A stretch of 63,873 bases of DNA, the filler included, from Aduncisulcus paluster (Eukaryota), in assembly GCA_024181965.1 (NCBI GenBank). It is 41 parts of 41 records of this genome, joined end to end, with 100 filler letters (N's around TTAATTAATTAA, not from the genome) between each part and the next. Parts side by side here need not be neighbours in the genome. Positions count along the whole stretch, not along the records: positions 34,424 to 35,469 come from BQXS01008815.1; positions 35,570 to 38,543 come from BQXS01008858.1; positions 38,644 to 40,141 come from BQXS01008885.1; positions 40,242 to 41,249 come from BQXS01008905.1; positions 41,350 to 43,027 come from BQXS01008925.1; positions 43,128 to 44,131 come from BQXS01008928.1; positions 44,232 to 46,462 come from BQXS01008985.1; 34 more parts are not named here. One strand, given 5' to 3'. Position numbers and translations under genes: made by a program. The notes under the pieces were generated by a model. That model was given only the letters and a program-made list of their open reading frames with translations. It was not told the DNA's origin and searched no databases. This document shows, piece by piece, positions 34,426-46,562 of this stretch (position 1 is its first letter; the number at the start of each line of letters is the position of its first letter).

Positions 34426-35469
34426 GGTGACATTGGTGAAAACAATTCCTGCACATGTTTCCATGGTTATGAGCTTGATGCTACTGGCCGATGCACTAAA
34501 GCTCTTTGTACTCCTGTATGCGGTGCAAATGGTACATGTGTCATTGTCGATGGTTCTCCCGAGTGCTCTTGCAATGACCCTGACCATTGGACTGGCAGTA
34601 CCTGTGAGATTCCAATGTGTCCCGATAGTTCCGATGGCTTCTGTGGAGGGTTTGGAACATGTAAAGGAGATCCAGATACTGCAGATAACGTTCCTTATTG
34701 TGATTGTTTCGATGGTTTTACGACCGATGACTATGGTGACTGTACTGTCCCATCATGCTCTCCTCTGTGTGAGAATGACGGAATTTGTGTGACTACTTCG
34801 GGTGATGGCACAGACACCAAGTGTGTTTGCGGAGATTACTATTCTGGAGCAGACTGTACTGAAGAATTATGTTCCAACATGCCCAAAGGTAATGGAGCTT
34901 GTATTGATGGTTCTCCTGTTTGTTATTATGGTTGGACTGGCGACGATTGTGATGAGCCTGTCTGTTCTCTTCAGTGTGCTCCTGGCAATGGGGAATGTGT
35001 TTTCGTTGACGATCTTCCCGCGTGTGAGTGTTATTCTGGATGGACCGGCATTGGGTGTGACATTCCAACATGTAACTCAGATACTGATTGTGGCTATGGT
35101 AGTTGTGTCATTAGTGAAGATGATGATGTTACTCATGTTTGTGAATGCTATCACGGTTACCAGGTTGATATTACGACTGGAAAATGTACCGATGCCAGAT
35201 GTAATCCTGATTGTTATCAAGGATATTGTGTTGTGTCCAATGAGATTCCTGAATGTGTATGTACGAATCCAGATCACTGGGGAGGCGCTACATGTGAAGA
35301 ACCATTGTGTCCCGACAGTCCCTCTGGATGTGGTGTCTACGGTGAATGTGTTGAGATTACCAGTGGAGATGATATTGGACTCACTGCATGTGAGTGTGAC
35401 GATGGATGGGAACTTGATGAAACCACAATGATCTGCTCTGTTCCCACATGCTCCTCCGAGTGTCTCTTT
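34426..35469 (+). CDS. Protist EGF-like (tenascin-like) cysteine-rich repeat protein fragment
   Basis: Tandem C-x-C-xx-G(W/Y)-xG-xx-C EGF repeats across the whole contig. Confidence 0.9.
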
Positions 35470-35569
35470 NNNNNNNNNNNNNNNNNNNNNNNNNNNNNNN
35501 NNNNNNNNNNNNNTTAATTAATTAANNNNNNNNNNNNNNNNNNNNNNNNNNNNNNNNNNNNNNNNNNNN

Positions 35570-36285
35570 ATCATATGTTGTACTTGACCAATAAAACTTT
35601 CCACCAAAGCCGTTGTATATTTCATCTTTATTTTCATATAATTCAATTAGCTCCTCAATAGTTGGCAACCTAAAATCCTTATGGTGAGCAAATTGTAAAT
35701 TTTGGCAATATATATTTGCCTTCTCCCAATTTATATTAGTATTGGCAGCATTTTTTGTATCTTCCCACATAAGATTATTTATAGTTGAAGTATAAAGACG
35801 AATATCTTTTGGTATGGTTTTTAATTTGTACTTGATTGTATTGAGTGTGTTAGCTGTAATATTACGATCCAAACTTACATCAGCATAACCATCTTGAAGC
35901 TTTATTGTANNNNNNNNNNNNNNNNNNNNTCATTAAGTTTTTTTATAAATTTTCCATTTAAATATAACTCAGCATCGTCGCCTACAAAAAATATTTGACT
36001 ATTTGATTTCTCAAATTTAAGTTTATAAGTTAAAATATTGTGAGGAGAAACTTTTATAGTCGTTTTAAGATTATTAGCATAATATTTTTTATCCACAATA
36101 GCTTCTAATTGTATTTTTTTATTGGGAACTACTTCATACTGTTTTATGGGTGTATTTCCTATCTCTGTTCCATCTAGAAAAACTTTTGTATCTTCTACAT
36201 TTGAAAAAATATTGATAAATGCTTTTTTTTCATTTGCACTAATTGCAGTAAAAAATAAAAAAATAATTAGCATTAGTTTAAGCAT
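35570..36285 (-). CDS. Secreted PEGA + DUF1566 (Lcl C-terminal) domain protein (gapped)
   Basis: Signal peptide, VFLDGTEIGNTP (PEGA), LMWE..WEKANIYC..DFRLPTIEEL..YWSST. Confidence 0.82.
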
Positions 36286-36294
36286 TGTTTTCCT

Positions 36295-37144
36295 TTATAC
36301 GAACCATAAGAGCAAAATTGTACCAAAAACAATCCTATATATACCAAAAGCAACAAAAGTAAAAGACTCTAGAAACTTCAAAAATAATTTAATCGTGATA
36401 TACGCAAAAATAAAAGCTGTGATAAAACCTATAGCCAAAATAAATAAATTTGCATCCGTAAACTCTTGATAATGTTTTAATAAATCATATCCAGTTGTTG
36501 CACACATAACAGGAAAAGCTAGTAAAAAACTAAATTCAGCAGAAGCTTTTCTATTAAGTTTTACTAACATCGCTCCAATAATTGTGCTTCCTGCTCTACT
36601 TGTTCCTGGGATCAAAGCAAAGATTTGTGCAAGACCTATGTATAAAGCTTGTTTATAGGAAACTTTTTCAACATCATCTATATGATTTTCTGTTTCTTTA
36701 TAAAATTTTTCTACTACTAAAAAAACAATTCCACCTATAATAAACATTATTGCAACAATTTTGATATCAAACATCGCTTTTATTTGACTTGAAAAAATAA
36801 AACCAACAATACCAATAGGGATANNNNNNNNNNNNNNNNNNNNNNNNNNNNNNNNNNNNNNNNNNNNNNNNNNNNNNNNNNNNNNNNNNNNNNNNNNNNN
36901 NNNNNNNNNNNNNNNNNNNNNNNNNNNNNNNNNNNNNNNNNNNNNNNNNNNNNNNNNNNNNNNNNNNNNNNNNNNNNNNNNNNNNNNNNNNNNNNNNNNN
37001 NNNNNNNNNNTATGCATTTGTTATACTATTTTGTTCTATATTTAAAAACTCACTAGCAACAATCAAATGTCCAGTTGAACTAATAGGTAAAAACTCTGTA
37101 AAACCCTCTATAATACCTAAAAGTATCGAATCAAATATTCCCAA
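36295..37144 (-). CDS. uppP: Undecaprenyl-diphosphate phosphatase
   Basis: [38 protein letters not shown]. Confidence 0.96.
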
Positions 37145-37145
37145 A

Positions 37146-37661
37146 TTAAATTTCCTTTGACAGTTTTAAAAACAATTTTAAACTTTTTTTCTCTTGTACA
37201 CCAATCTCATAATGTATTTTTGTAAGATATGATTTGATCTGTTTTTTTGAAAGTCCACTACTTTGTGAATACTTNNNNNNNNNNNNNNNNNNNNNNNNNN
37301 NNNNNNNNNNNNNNNNNNNNNNNNNNNNNNNNNNNNNNNNNNNNNNNNNNNNNNNNNNNNNNNNNNNNNNNNNNNNNNNNNNNGATTGAAAATCTTTTTT
37401 ATAATTTCCTTTTCGAACCAAAACAGAATCAACAGCCCCTTTAGCAACAATTCCTAAATCTAAAGATTTTTTTGCATGTCGTGAAGCAATCGAACTAATA
37501 ACAGCTGCATCAACCTTTCTTTGTCTAAATTTTTGATTGATTAATGAAGGATATGATTTTTTATATTCTATGATTTGTTTTCTTTGTGTTGAAGATAAAT
37601 TTTTTTTGATAAAAACATGCAGTGGAAGAAGATTTATAAAGTCGATTTTAGCAAATATCAT
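37146..37661 (-). CDS. mqnA: MqnA-family chorismate dehydratase (futalosine menaquinone pathway)
   Basis: [44 protein letters not shown], adjacent to uppP. Confidence 0.8.
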   Translation of the reverse strand: MIFAKIDFINLLPLHVFIKKNLSSTQRKQIIEYKKSYPSLINQKFRQRKVDAAVISSIASRHAKKSLDLGIVAKGAVDSVLVRKGNYKKDFQXXXXXXXXXXXXXXXXXXXXXXXXXXXXXXXXXXXXXKYSQSSGLSKKQIKSYLTKIHYEIGVQEKKSLKLFLKLSKEI

Positions 37662-37829
37662 TTTCGCACCTATTAGTTTTTTATAATTAACAATTATTTT
37701 ACTAAATTTTTCTTGTCATTAAGATAAAGCTAAAATATCATTATATAAATAAATGTAATTTTTAAATTAAGTAAATATTATGTTTCTAACTGATACCATT
37801 ATCTTAATATTAAACAATAAGGAAACACA

Positions 37830-38270
37830 ATGAAAAAATTTATCGCAACTTTAGGTCTGGCATCTGCACTTTTGATTCCAAATATATTAAACGCACAACA
37901 AGCAAAAGGATTAAATGTTTTAATAAACTCTAGCAATCCACAAACACAAACAATGGCAATGGTTTTGTCAATGATGAGTATAAAAAAACATCAAAAACAA
38001 GTAAATATTGTATTATGTGGAAAAGCTGGAGACTTAGCAGATAAGAACATTCAATCAACTCCTGTGAAAAGACCTAATGGAAAAGCACCATCTCCAAAGC
38101 AAAATCTTAAAATGCTTATAAAAATGGGTGCTTCTGTTAAAGTTTGTCCACTTTATCTACCAAATGCAAACAAAAACAAATCTGTTTTATTAGATGGAAT
38201 TACTGTAGCTAAGCCACCTGTTGTTGCAGGAAATTTGTTAAATCAAGATTTTCAAAACATAACTTTTTAA
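37830..38270 (+). CDS. Secreted DsrE/peroxiredoxin-like protein
   Basis: Signal peptide, IVLCGKAGDLA and VKVCPLYLPN motifs. Confidence 0.65.
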   Translation: MKKFIATLGLASALLIPNILNAQQAKGLNVLINSSNPQTQTMAMVLSMMSIKKHQKQVNIVLCGKAGDLADKNIQSTPVKRPNGKAPSPKQNLKMLIKMGASVKVCPLYLPNANKNKSVLLDGITVAKPPVVAGNLLNQDFQNITF

Positions 38271-38337
38271 GTATTAGGAAAAATAGATATAAATAAATGT
38301 ATAATTATTTCTAAATATATTTACGAGGAAATTATAC

Positions 38338-38543
38338 ATGGTAAGAATAGAATTTTTAGGACCAATTGGTAAAGAGCCATTAGAGTTGAATATTTCTAAT
38401 TTAAGTGAGTTAAGTGAAATATTAAAAAAAGATGACTCACTATCTATATGGCTTAAAAATAGTGCTTGTGCTATAAACGATGTTTTAACAAATGATAAAA
38501 ATGCACCACTAAATGATGGAGATAAAGTAACTATGCTTCCTCC
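38338..38543 (+). CDS. moaD: MoaD/ThiS sulfur carrier (3' truncated)
   Basis: MVRIEFLGPI..ACAIND..LNDGDKVTMLPP. Confidence 0.85.
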
Positions 38544-38643
38544 NNNNNNNNNNNNNNNNNNNNNNNNNNNNNNNNNNNNNNNNNNNNTTAATTAATTAAN
38601 NNNNNNNNNNNNNNNNNNNNNNNNNNNNNNNNNNNNNNNNNNN

Positions 38644-38860
38644 AGATACCGCCATGAATAAATGGATTTAGAGTTTTAACTCTACCTTCAAAACACTCTG
38701 GAAATTTAGTAACTTCATTTGCTTCGATTACTGCGATTCCTGCATCTTTTAGTTTGTTGTATGTTCCACCTGTACTGATGATTTCATAACCTAATTCTAC
38801 TAACTCTTTTGCAAAATTTTCTACACCACTTTTATCACTAACGCTGATTAATGCTCTCAT
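38644..38860 (-). CDS. purH: Bifunctional AICAR transformylase/IMP cyclohydrolase, N-terminus
   Basis: [36 protein letters not shown]. Confidence 0.97.
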
Positions 38861-38885
38861 ATTTAGTTTCGTTCCTTTAAATTTA

Positions 38886-40141
38886 TTATGCGATTTCTGG
38901 TTCAACTAAATCAGTGTTAAATTGTTCTTCATTAAATTCTAAATTTAAATAGTCACAGATAACTGTAATATCTCTTTGTGCATTTCCTAAACAAGATGTA
39001 GCACCTGGAGATGGAGTCATATTAAAAATAATTCCGTTACCCTCATTTAATGATGCTTCACCAAGCATAAGTTTTTGTTCTCTTTTGTTCAATACTTGAG
39101 GTCTAACACCACNNNNNNNNNNNNNNNNNNNNNNNNNNNNNNNNNNNNNNNNNNNNNNNNNNNNNNNNNNNNNNNNNNNNNNNNNNNNNNNNNNNNNNNN
39201 NNNNNAATAAACCTTTGTTGATACCTGGTACTTCAAATAAGAAGTTTTTGAATACATAGTTTCTAATATCAGAATCTTTTAATAGATCCCAGAATATTTT
39301 TAAGATACTTCCATCAATATTCATTGTTTTTAAACATTGTCCAAATGATTTAAGACCTTTATATCTTTCTAATACACCAAGAGCTAAAGCAGTTGGTCCA
39401 AATCTTGTTTTTCCATTTTCTAAGATATCTGGGTCACCATGAAGTGCTGCAAATGGAAGTTTGTCATTTTGTACCATATACACTTTACCATTTAAGAATT
39501 CACCACTTGTGATGTAAAATGATCCAGCCATAGATAATGATCCCATATGCTTACCATAACCCATTTTATGAGCTAAGTATAATGAGTGAGCACCAGCATT
39601 TACAACAACAAAATCAGCTGTAAATACAGTACCATTAACTGTTGTTAATCTATATTTATCACCATCTTTTTCAATATCTTCAACTTCTGAATTATAAAAA
39701 ATATCTGTTGTTTGTTCTGGATTTGCATTTTGACCCTCTTTTGCTAACTCTTCAGTCATAGCACCATAATCAACAGTTGTGTACTCATTTTTAGCACCCA
39801 TTGCTACGATTGGTTCTGGTCTTTCGATTGTTTGTGCTTTGTCAGCCCATACAAGTTTTGGCTCTAAAGTTTTTAGGTCTTCTTTTGTATATAGCTCTAA
39901 ATAAGGGAAAAGAGTTTTAAAAGATTCATATCTTTCAGTGATAAATTTCACCTCTTCTTCACCAACACCAAGTGCCATCTTTTGGTGTTTGAACATGATT
40001 TTTTCTTCCAAACCATATTGTAAACAGAACTTTTCAATCATTTTTGCAGTTCGTTTTGTGATTTTTGCTTTATCTAAAGTATAGTTAGTTTCAATATCAC
40101 CAACATGAATAGTTTGAGAGTTACTACTTCCTTTAGAGTTA
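38886..40141 (-). CDS. mqo: Malate:quinone oxidoreductase (epsilonproteobacterial type)
   Basis: [58 protein letters not shown]. Confidence 0.9.
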
Positions 40142-40420
40142 NNNNNNNNNNNNNNNNNNNNNNNNNNNNNNNNNNNNNNNNNNNNTTAATTAATTAANNN
40201 NNNNNNNNNNNNNNNNNNNNNNNNNNNNNNNNNNNNNNNNNCATTGTCTCTGAAAATAATTGACAAATTGACATAACTGCCCCTCGCTTTACTCATTTGA
40301 ATCTCGAATAACACATCAATAACATCAATGTTATTCACCAATCTGTGTAACATCATCTTATTCTTGGATGATGATTCTTGATTCGTAATCTTTCCTTTGT
40401 TTTGCCGAATCCAAGCTTTT

Positions 40421-40424
<4 letters not shown>

Positions 40425-40459
<35 letters not shown>
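40425..40459. repeat. (TC)n microsatellite
   Basis: About 17 TC units in an AT-rich eukaryotic intergenic contig. Confidence 0.95.
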
Positions 40460-40463
<4 letters not shown>

Positions 40464-40980
40464 TTTTCTGCCAATCTATGAGTAAATTTCCCCCCTTTTA
40501 CCCCCATCCGTGGGGGTCCCCCCTGTACGGTGGTTGCACTGTACATTTCTTTATTATATTTTTTTCCCAAAAAAACAAAAACAAAAAAAAAAATACAAAC
40601 TTTCCACCGGCGGTGGCTGAGAAATGTGGGGGCTCTATATCAAAAAATATCTAATATTTATGTACCTTTTTCATTCTTTCTTATAAATATAGTTATCTAG
40701 TTTTATGATATTGATGCTGTGTTCTGTATTTCTGTGCCCAGGTGATCTGATATAGTCGTGCACGAATAAGACATATTTTAAGAATAATATTATAATTTTC
40801 ATAATATATTTGTTAAATAATTTAATTTTTATCTATATTTATTATTGCCTTCATGATTTAATATGAAGTTTTATTGAACAAGTGTTTTTTGGCCAATAAT
40901 AACATAATCAGCCCTTTATATTCGAATTTTCTCAGTTATCATTATTTTTTGGTTTTATAAACTGCCATTTTTTATTCAAT

Positions 40981-41249
40981 ATGTCATCTTCAACACACTA
41001 TTTACACGAAAGAGCTAAAAATCGATACTCAATTTGAAAGTGGTAATGTTGGGAGTGTTTCCAGAGCTGGAGAAAGTGTATATGATATATGTGCTCGATC
41101 AGATACCTTTAATGACCGTCCTAAATTGTGGTTCTATGTAACGAATGTAATGATAACCCAGCCTTTCCTATTAAATATTATACATTTTTCAAAAAACATT
41201 AATGACCTTGGCCTCACACCTCTTATTCGTTGTTCATCTCGTTCGACCT
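40981..41249 (+). CDS. Cytosolic carboxypeptidase (CCP6/AGBL4-like tubulin deglutamylase) N-terminus, possibly frameshifted
   Basis: From 41021: IDTQFESGNVG..YDICARSDTFNDRPKLWFY..NIIHFSK..GLTPLIRCSSRS. The ATG at 40981 is out of frame by 1. Confidence 0.75.
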
Positions 41250-41349
41250 NNNNNNNNNNNNNNNNNNNNNNNNNNNNNNNNNNNNNNNNNNNNTTAATTA
41301 ATTAANNNNNNNNNNNNNNNNNNNNNNNNNNNNNNNNNNNNNNNNNNNN

Positions 41350-42528
41350 ATTTCCTAAGTTTGTATACGCACCACTATGTTTAGGCATTTTTTCTATAGC
41401 AGTTTGCAAAGACTTTATCGCTTCTTCATATTTTTTTGCTTTATTTAAAGCTGCTCCCATATTACTATATACTTCATAATAACTAGGGTCAGTATCAAGA
41501 GCTATTTGAAATATTTTTGCACTTTTATCATAGTTTTTTTCTTTATATAAAATTACACCAATATTATTTATAGCTTTTGCAAATTTGGGATTAACTCTTA
41601 CTGCATTTTTATATGCCATAATCGCTTTTTTAGTATCGCCAAGTTTTTCGTATAAAATTCCTAAATTATTAAAGGCATTGTAATNNNNNNNNNNNNNNNN
41701 NNNNNNNNNNNNNNNNNNNNNNNNNNNNNNNNNNNNNNNNNNNNNNNNNNNNNNNNNNNNNNNNNNNNNNNGGTACAATTTTATAGCTTCAGTATATTTC
41801 TTTTCATCAATAGCTTTTCTTGCTTTTTGTAAAATTATTTGACTATTTTGAAGAATTTGTTTCATTTTTGTATTTTTATACAAAGCCTCAAAAGTATGCT
41901 TAGAGATATATTCATTTCCAGCACTTACAGGAAGTTTTTGTTTTATTTCTAATTCAAAAAAATCTTCTAATACTGAGAATATATCTAATTTATTCGATAC
42001 CCAACCCTTGTTTGTTGGAATTGCTGTTTGAATGTTATTCAAAACAAAAAAACTTCCATTTTCTTTTAGTGAAGACTGAATCAATGCTATATCAGATACA
42101 GGATCAATACAATGTTGCAGAACCCAAACAGCTAAAGCAGTATCAAACCTCACACCTTGAAATATCATATTTTTATATTGTTTTGGCGAAATAGCTTGGA
42201 ATTTATTTGAATTCACATATTGAGTTGCATGTTCTCTCATTGTTGGACTAATATCAACTCCAACTACTCTACATCCAAATTTTTCAATAAGTTCTTTTGA
42301 AAGTCTTCCTATACCGCACCCAAAATCAACTACTAAACTCTCTTTATTAAGAGAGATTTTGTTTGAGATAGAGTCTATTAAATATGGCGTTTCATTTTCC
42401 CATCGTACTTCACTCGTAATATTTTTCTCATGTGTGAGTATTATTCTTTTTGCTTCATCCAAATCTTTTTTGTTAAAAATATTTGGATTGTATTGAGTAT
42501 AATTTTGATTCATATATGCTAAAGACAA
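41350..42528 (-). CDS. Class I SAM methyltransferase fused to TPR repeats
   Basis: VVDFGCGIGRL, VGVDIS, VLQH, then AFNNLG / AINNIG / YSNMG / YTNLG TPRs. Confidence 0.9.
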
Positions 42529-42546
42529 TAAAGTCTTTTCCCCTTT

Positions 42547-43027
42547 TTACTTAGTTTGAAAAATTTTTTGGAAATTATTTAAAGATTTTGTATGTGCATC
42601 TATCACACTCATCCACCCTTTTTTTGCCCAAAGTGCAAGTGTAGCATCATCTAATTTAAGTAGTTCATCTCTATTTATAACATAAAACTCTTCTAAAATT
42701 ATTTTTTCATCACCATTTATATTCACTCTGAAATCTTTTTTTACAAGTAAATCTTTTTTTTCTAATTCTTTTACTATTATTCTACTTATTTCTCTTTTAT
42801 TATTCAAAGCTCGTACTTGTTCGATTTTTTGGTTGGCTAACTCTTCTAGTTCAGCTTTCTGATTAAGTATAGTATTCTTTTTATTTTTTCCTACATACTC
42901 ATCATTTGTATCAATTGCAATAACTGTATTCAAATTTTCATCTGTATCTTTTATTATAATATTAAAAAATGGATATGTTTTTACAAAGTTTGCTATATAT
43001 GCTGTGTTATTATTATAAATATTTACC
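42547..43027 (-). CDS. SapC-family protein, C-terminal part
   Basis: YIANFVKTYPF and FYVINRDELLKLDDATL...GWMSVIDAHTKSLNN. Confidence 0.75.
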
Positions 43028-43127
43028 NNNNNNNNNNNNNNNNNNNNNNNNNNNNNNNNNNNNNNNNNNNNTTAATTAATTAANNNNNNNNNNNNNNNNN
43101 NNNNNNNNNNNNNNNNNNNNNNNNNNN

Positions 43128-44131
43128 TAATCACTTCAAAAGACATCATTTGGACTGACATTCACCAACAATGTTTCGATAGATTGATGGATTTACTCGA
43201 AAATAATATGAGTTTATATACATACGATAATGCATTACCACTAATTCTGAGGACAGACGCGTCCTCGTATGGTTTAGGCGGCATGCTCGTTATGGTGAAG
43301 GACGGAAAGGAGTTACCTATTAATTTCTTCGCCAAGAAATTCTCGAAACAAGAACAGAATTGGACCACTATTGAACAGGAGGCGTTCGCAGTAATATATG
43401 GTCTTAGAAAGAACAGGCAGTTTTGCTTGGGCAGGCATTTCCGAATTGAGACCGATCATAGGAATTTGACGTTTGTATTGAAAAGCGAGTCAGCAAAGTT
43501 AATGAGATGGAGACTAGAGCTTGCAGAATACACGTTTGAAATTGCTCACGTATCCGGAGTGGATAACAAGATGGCGGATTATTTATCTAGAAAACATCAG
43601 CCAGTTAAAGAAACGGTCACCGCAAAATCATTTATTTCACCGAAGATTGAACCCTCGATTCGGGAAAAAGTTATCTCTGAACAAAAGAAGTTAACGGAAA
43701 ATCCCGAGAAACTCATCAGAATTGGTGAGTTCCTGGACGATCAAGAAGGACGAATCGTCATCCCTGATGATTCGGAAGATCTACAGAAAGAGATCATACA
43801 TCTGTTCCATGCTCATGTTTTGGCAGGCCATTACAGTGCTACATATACAGCGGCAAGGATCATAGAAGCTGGGTTTTATTGGAGAAACATACGCGTAATG
43901 GTCAAAACAGAAGTCGACAAATGTCCGATTTGTCAGAAAAACAAACCTCTGCATCCACCCCCGATCATGGGAACGATAATGAAAAGAGGAATATTTGAAG
44001 AGGTGAGCATTGATTCTTTGGGTCCAATTACTACTGATGAAGAAAACCCAATCAAATATATTATTGTGATAATCGACAATTTTTCGAGATTCGTGGAGCT
44101 AATACCATCAGAATCTACAACTGCAAAAGAA
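43128..44131 (+). mobile_element. Ty3/Gypsy pol: RNase H + integrase HHCC zinc finger + start of core
   Basis: LRTDASSYGLGG, EQEAFAV, ETDHRNL, NKMADYLSR, H..GH..CPICQ, SIDSLGP, IDNFSRF. Confidence 0.96.
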
Positions 44132-44231
44132 NNNNNNNNNNNNNNNNNNNNNNNNNNNNNNNNNNNNNNNNNNNNTTAATTAATTAANNNNNNNNNNNNN
44201 NNNNNNNNNNNNNNNNNNNNNNNNNNNNNNN

Positions 44232-45261
44232 GCGCGGATTTATACAGATCATCCAACAAGATATAGCGCCTTCGGTAATTCCTTTCCCTACGCAATTCAT
44301 GCGTAAGTGAGCCTAGAATCTCAACGTGGTGTAAGAAGTTTTCCTTAGGACCGGGTGCAGGGATGCCACCCAGGCGTGCCATTAGTTCTGGCTTCCGCGA
44401 ACCTAAAACATCGGCCTCTGATCGGTACAGCAATCCCAGCAAGCCTCTAAGCAACGGCCGAGTAAACCAGCCACCGCCTCCGTTATTACTGTCGTCGCGT
44501 ACGGAATAGTCAGTCTGAGCACACTGACGCTGGCGCTGATCCCACCCGCTACCGATTGACGTAGNNNNNNNNNNNNNNNNNNNNTCACCATGAGAGACAT
44601 GCACCATCGCATCTTCCGACAAGGCTCTGGCTGTTCTACATAGCCCGAAAATATCATCACTATCTGCGGCTACCGGCGTCGCAATCGTGGGTCGTACTAC
44701 CGACAAGAACCAACCCTGGGCTTCGAGAGCCGCTTGACTCCCTATGTGAGCATCGAGGTCATTGCCACCGGACCAGAAAGACGCAGTTCCAGCAATACTG
44801 AGTGCGCAAGAAGAGTCTATCCGCATAGCCATACGCGCAATATCGAGAGCCAACACAGATCTGTCGCTTAATGGCGCATTAAGCAGTACAGTTGGCGCAA
44901 GATGCGGAACACCTAGATCTGACTGAACTTCAAAAATTCGTGTGATATGTCCTTCAATTTTCTTAGGTGTAGATAGGTCTCCACGACTTCCAGCTGGCCA
45001 CAAGTTATAACCATCGTAGTATCTAAAGTCTCCAACATTACTCATCTGCAGTGCATGCGTCATTGGGTCGAACCACACTTGTCTGCCGGGTAGCAAGAGA
45101 GCGGAAATCGCCTCGACCGCGCCGCGCTTAGTCGTCGGAGCTGACTTTGTATACGGACTTGCAAAAGGGGTTATCACAGCGCCCGCCACAGCTGCCTGAC
45201 TTATCGAATCCTCAATCCACGAGACAAGATTTCGTGGTGAATCTTCAATCCATACGGTCAT
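44232..45261 (-). CDS. Uncharacterised protein overlapping the kinase stop (3' truncated)
   Basis: More than 340 codons. Start overlaps the kinase end by 17 nt. WFDPMTH, LAPTV, GWFL and IGSGWDQRQR motifs. Confidence 0.75.
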
Positions 45262-46102
45262 CTAGTTCGCCCCCTAGCGCTTCGGCCAATCTGGTTCCAT
45301 TCACAAATCTTCGCGCCGGCTGTCTATGTAGGCACCGTTCCACCACCTTAGTAAGATCATCAGGAATCCCAGCACACACCTCCGACAGCGGTACAAACTC
45401 GACGTTCATCAATCGATGTAGATAATCATCACTATCCCCCAGATATGGAATAGGAGATTCCCCCGCAAGAGCCGTATACATAAGAATTCCTACGCAGAAT
45501 ACGTCAGAGGCGGGCATTGGCCCACCGGAGTATCCGTTGAGATGTTCAGGAGAGCAGAATCCTAACGTGCCTGGCTGCCCAGCAATTGTTACTCCGGATA
45601 GCAGAGTATGACGCGCAAACCCAAAGTCTAAGACCCTAAAATCCCCATTACTGAGCCTCCGCACATTATTAGCACTTAGGTCTCTATGTACGACTCCTAC
45701 CTGATGAGCAGCCGACAATGCTACAGCAATCTGCAAGCCCATCAACCGTACGTCTTCCCAGTCCCATGGCGACCCCAGCAGGCCCGACAAGTCTTCCCCA
45801 TCAAGGAATTCCTCTAACCAGGTAGCACCGTATGGTGGAATCCCTAGCTCAATTAGATCGGATTCCACTGCAACAACATTCGGGCATGAGAGAGACCTCA
45901 ACAAGGTTACCTCACGCTCAGCCCGTTTCAACATTTCGGGCGACGCCTCTTTTAAGGAGATCACCTTCATGATCTTGCTTTCGCCACCAATTTCGACATG
46001 TCGTACAGCCTTTTGCCCCCCTGGCGCTCCAATCGGCCCGACATCATCGGCGCCGTGTGCAGAAAGTGCCTCGACTAGTAAATGCTCATCAACCTCCGCC
46101 AC
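45245..46102 (-). CDS. Stand-alone cytoplasmic Hanks-type Ser/Thr protein kinase
   Basis: GAPGGQKAV, IMKVI, REVTLL, VVHRDLSANNV, LDFGFAR, GTLGFCSPEH, SDVFCVG. No TM or PASTA domain. Confidence 0.93.
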   Translation of the reverse strand: MAEVDEHLLVEALSAHGADDVGPIGAPGGQKAVRHVEIGGESKIMKVISLKEASPEMLKRAEREVTLLRSLSCPNVVAVESDLIELGIPPYGATWLEEFLDGEDLSGLLGSPWDWEDVRLMGLQIAVALSAAHQVGVVHRDLSANNVRRLSNGDFRVLDFGFARHTLLSGVTIAGQPGTLGFCSPEHLNGYSGGPMPASDVFCVGILMYTALAGESPIPYLGDSDDYLHRLMNVEFVPLSEVCAGIPDDLTKVVERCLHRQPARRFVNGTRLAEALGGELDDRMD

Positions 46103-46262
46103 GGAGGTATTTTACTCAATGTATCCTCACGGTGGGACGGTTTCAGACAAAACACCAGCCGAGATAAGGGACTTAGTAACGACAATAGACCGATGTCTTC
46201 GACGCATGAATTGCATCAAGTGAGCACACACACATCCAGCATTACGGCACAGCATTCTAAAG

Positions 46263-46336
46263 TAGGGCGGGCGGGGCTCGAACCCGCGACCAATGGATTA
46301 TGAGTCCACGGCTCTAACCAACTGAGCTACCGCCCC
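46263..46336 (-). tRNA. tRNA with CAT anticodon, most likely tRNA-Ile2 (lysidine), actinobacterial
   Basis: GGGGCGGTAGCTCAGTTGGTTAGAGCCGTGGACTCATAATCCATTGGTCGCGGGTTCGAGCCCCGCCCGCCCTA. Full cloverleaf, CCA not encoded. Confidence 0.95.
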
Positions 46337-46562
46337 CAGCAGGTCACGACTCTAGCCGATCCCCCGCCGCGCCCCGGAAACCCAGGTCACCTGTGGTCGC
46401 GATCCCCGTTGCACGAGGTCTCCTTGACCTCGGCAGACCGCAGGTTCGACCGGCTCACGTTGNNNNNNNNNNNNNNNNNNNNNNNNNNNNNNNNNNNNNN
46501 NNNNNNTTAATTAATTAANNNNNNNNNNNNNNNNNNNNNNNNNNNNNNNNNNNNNNNNNNNN

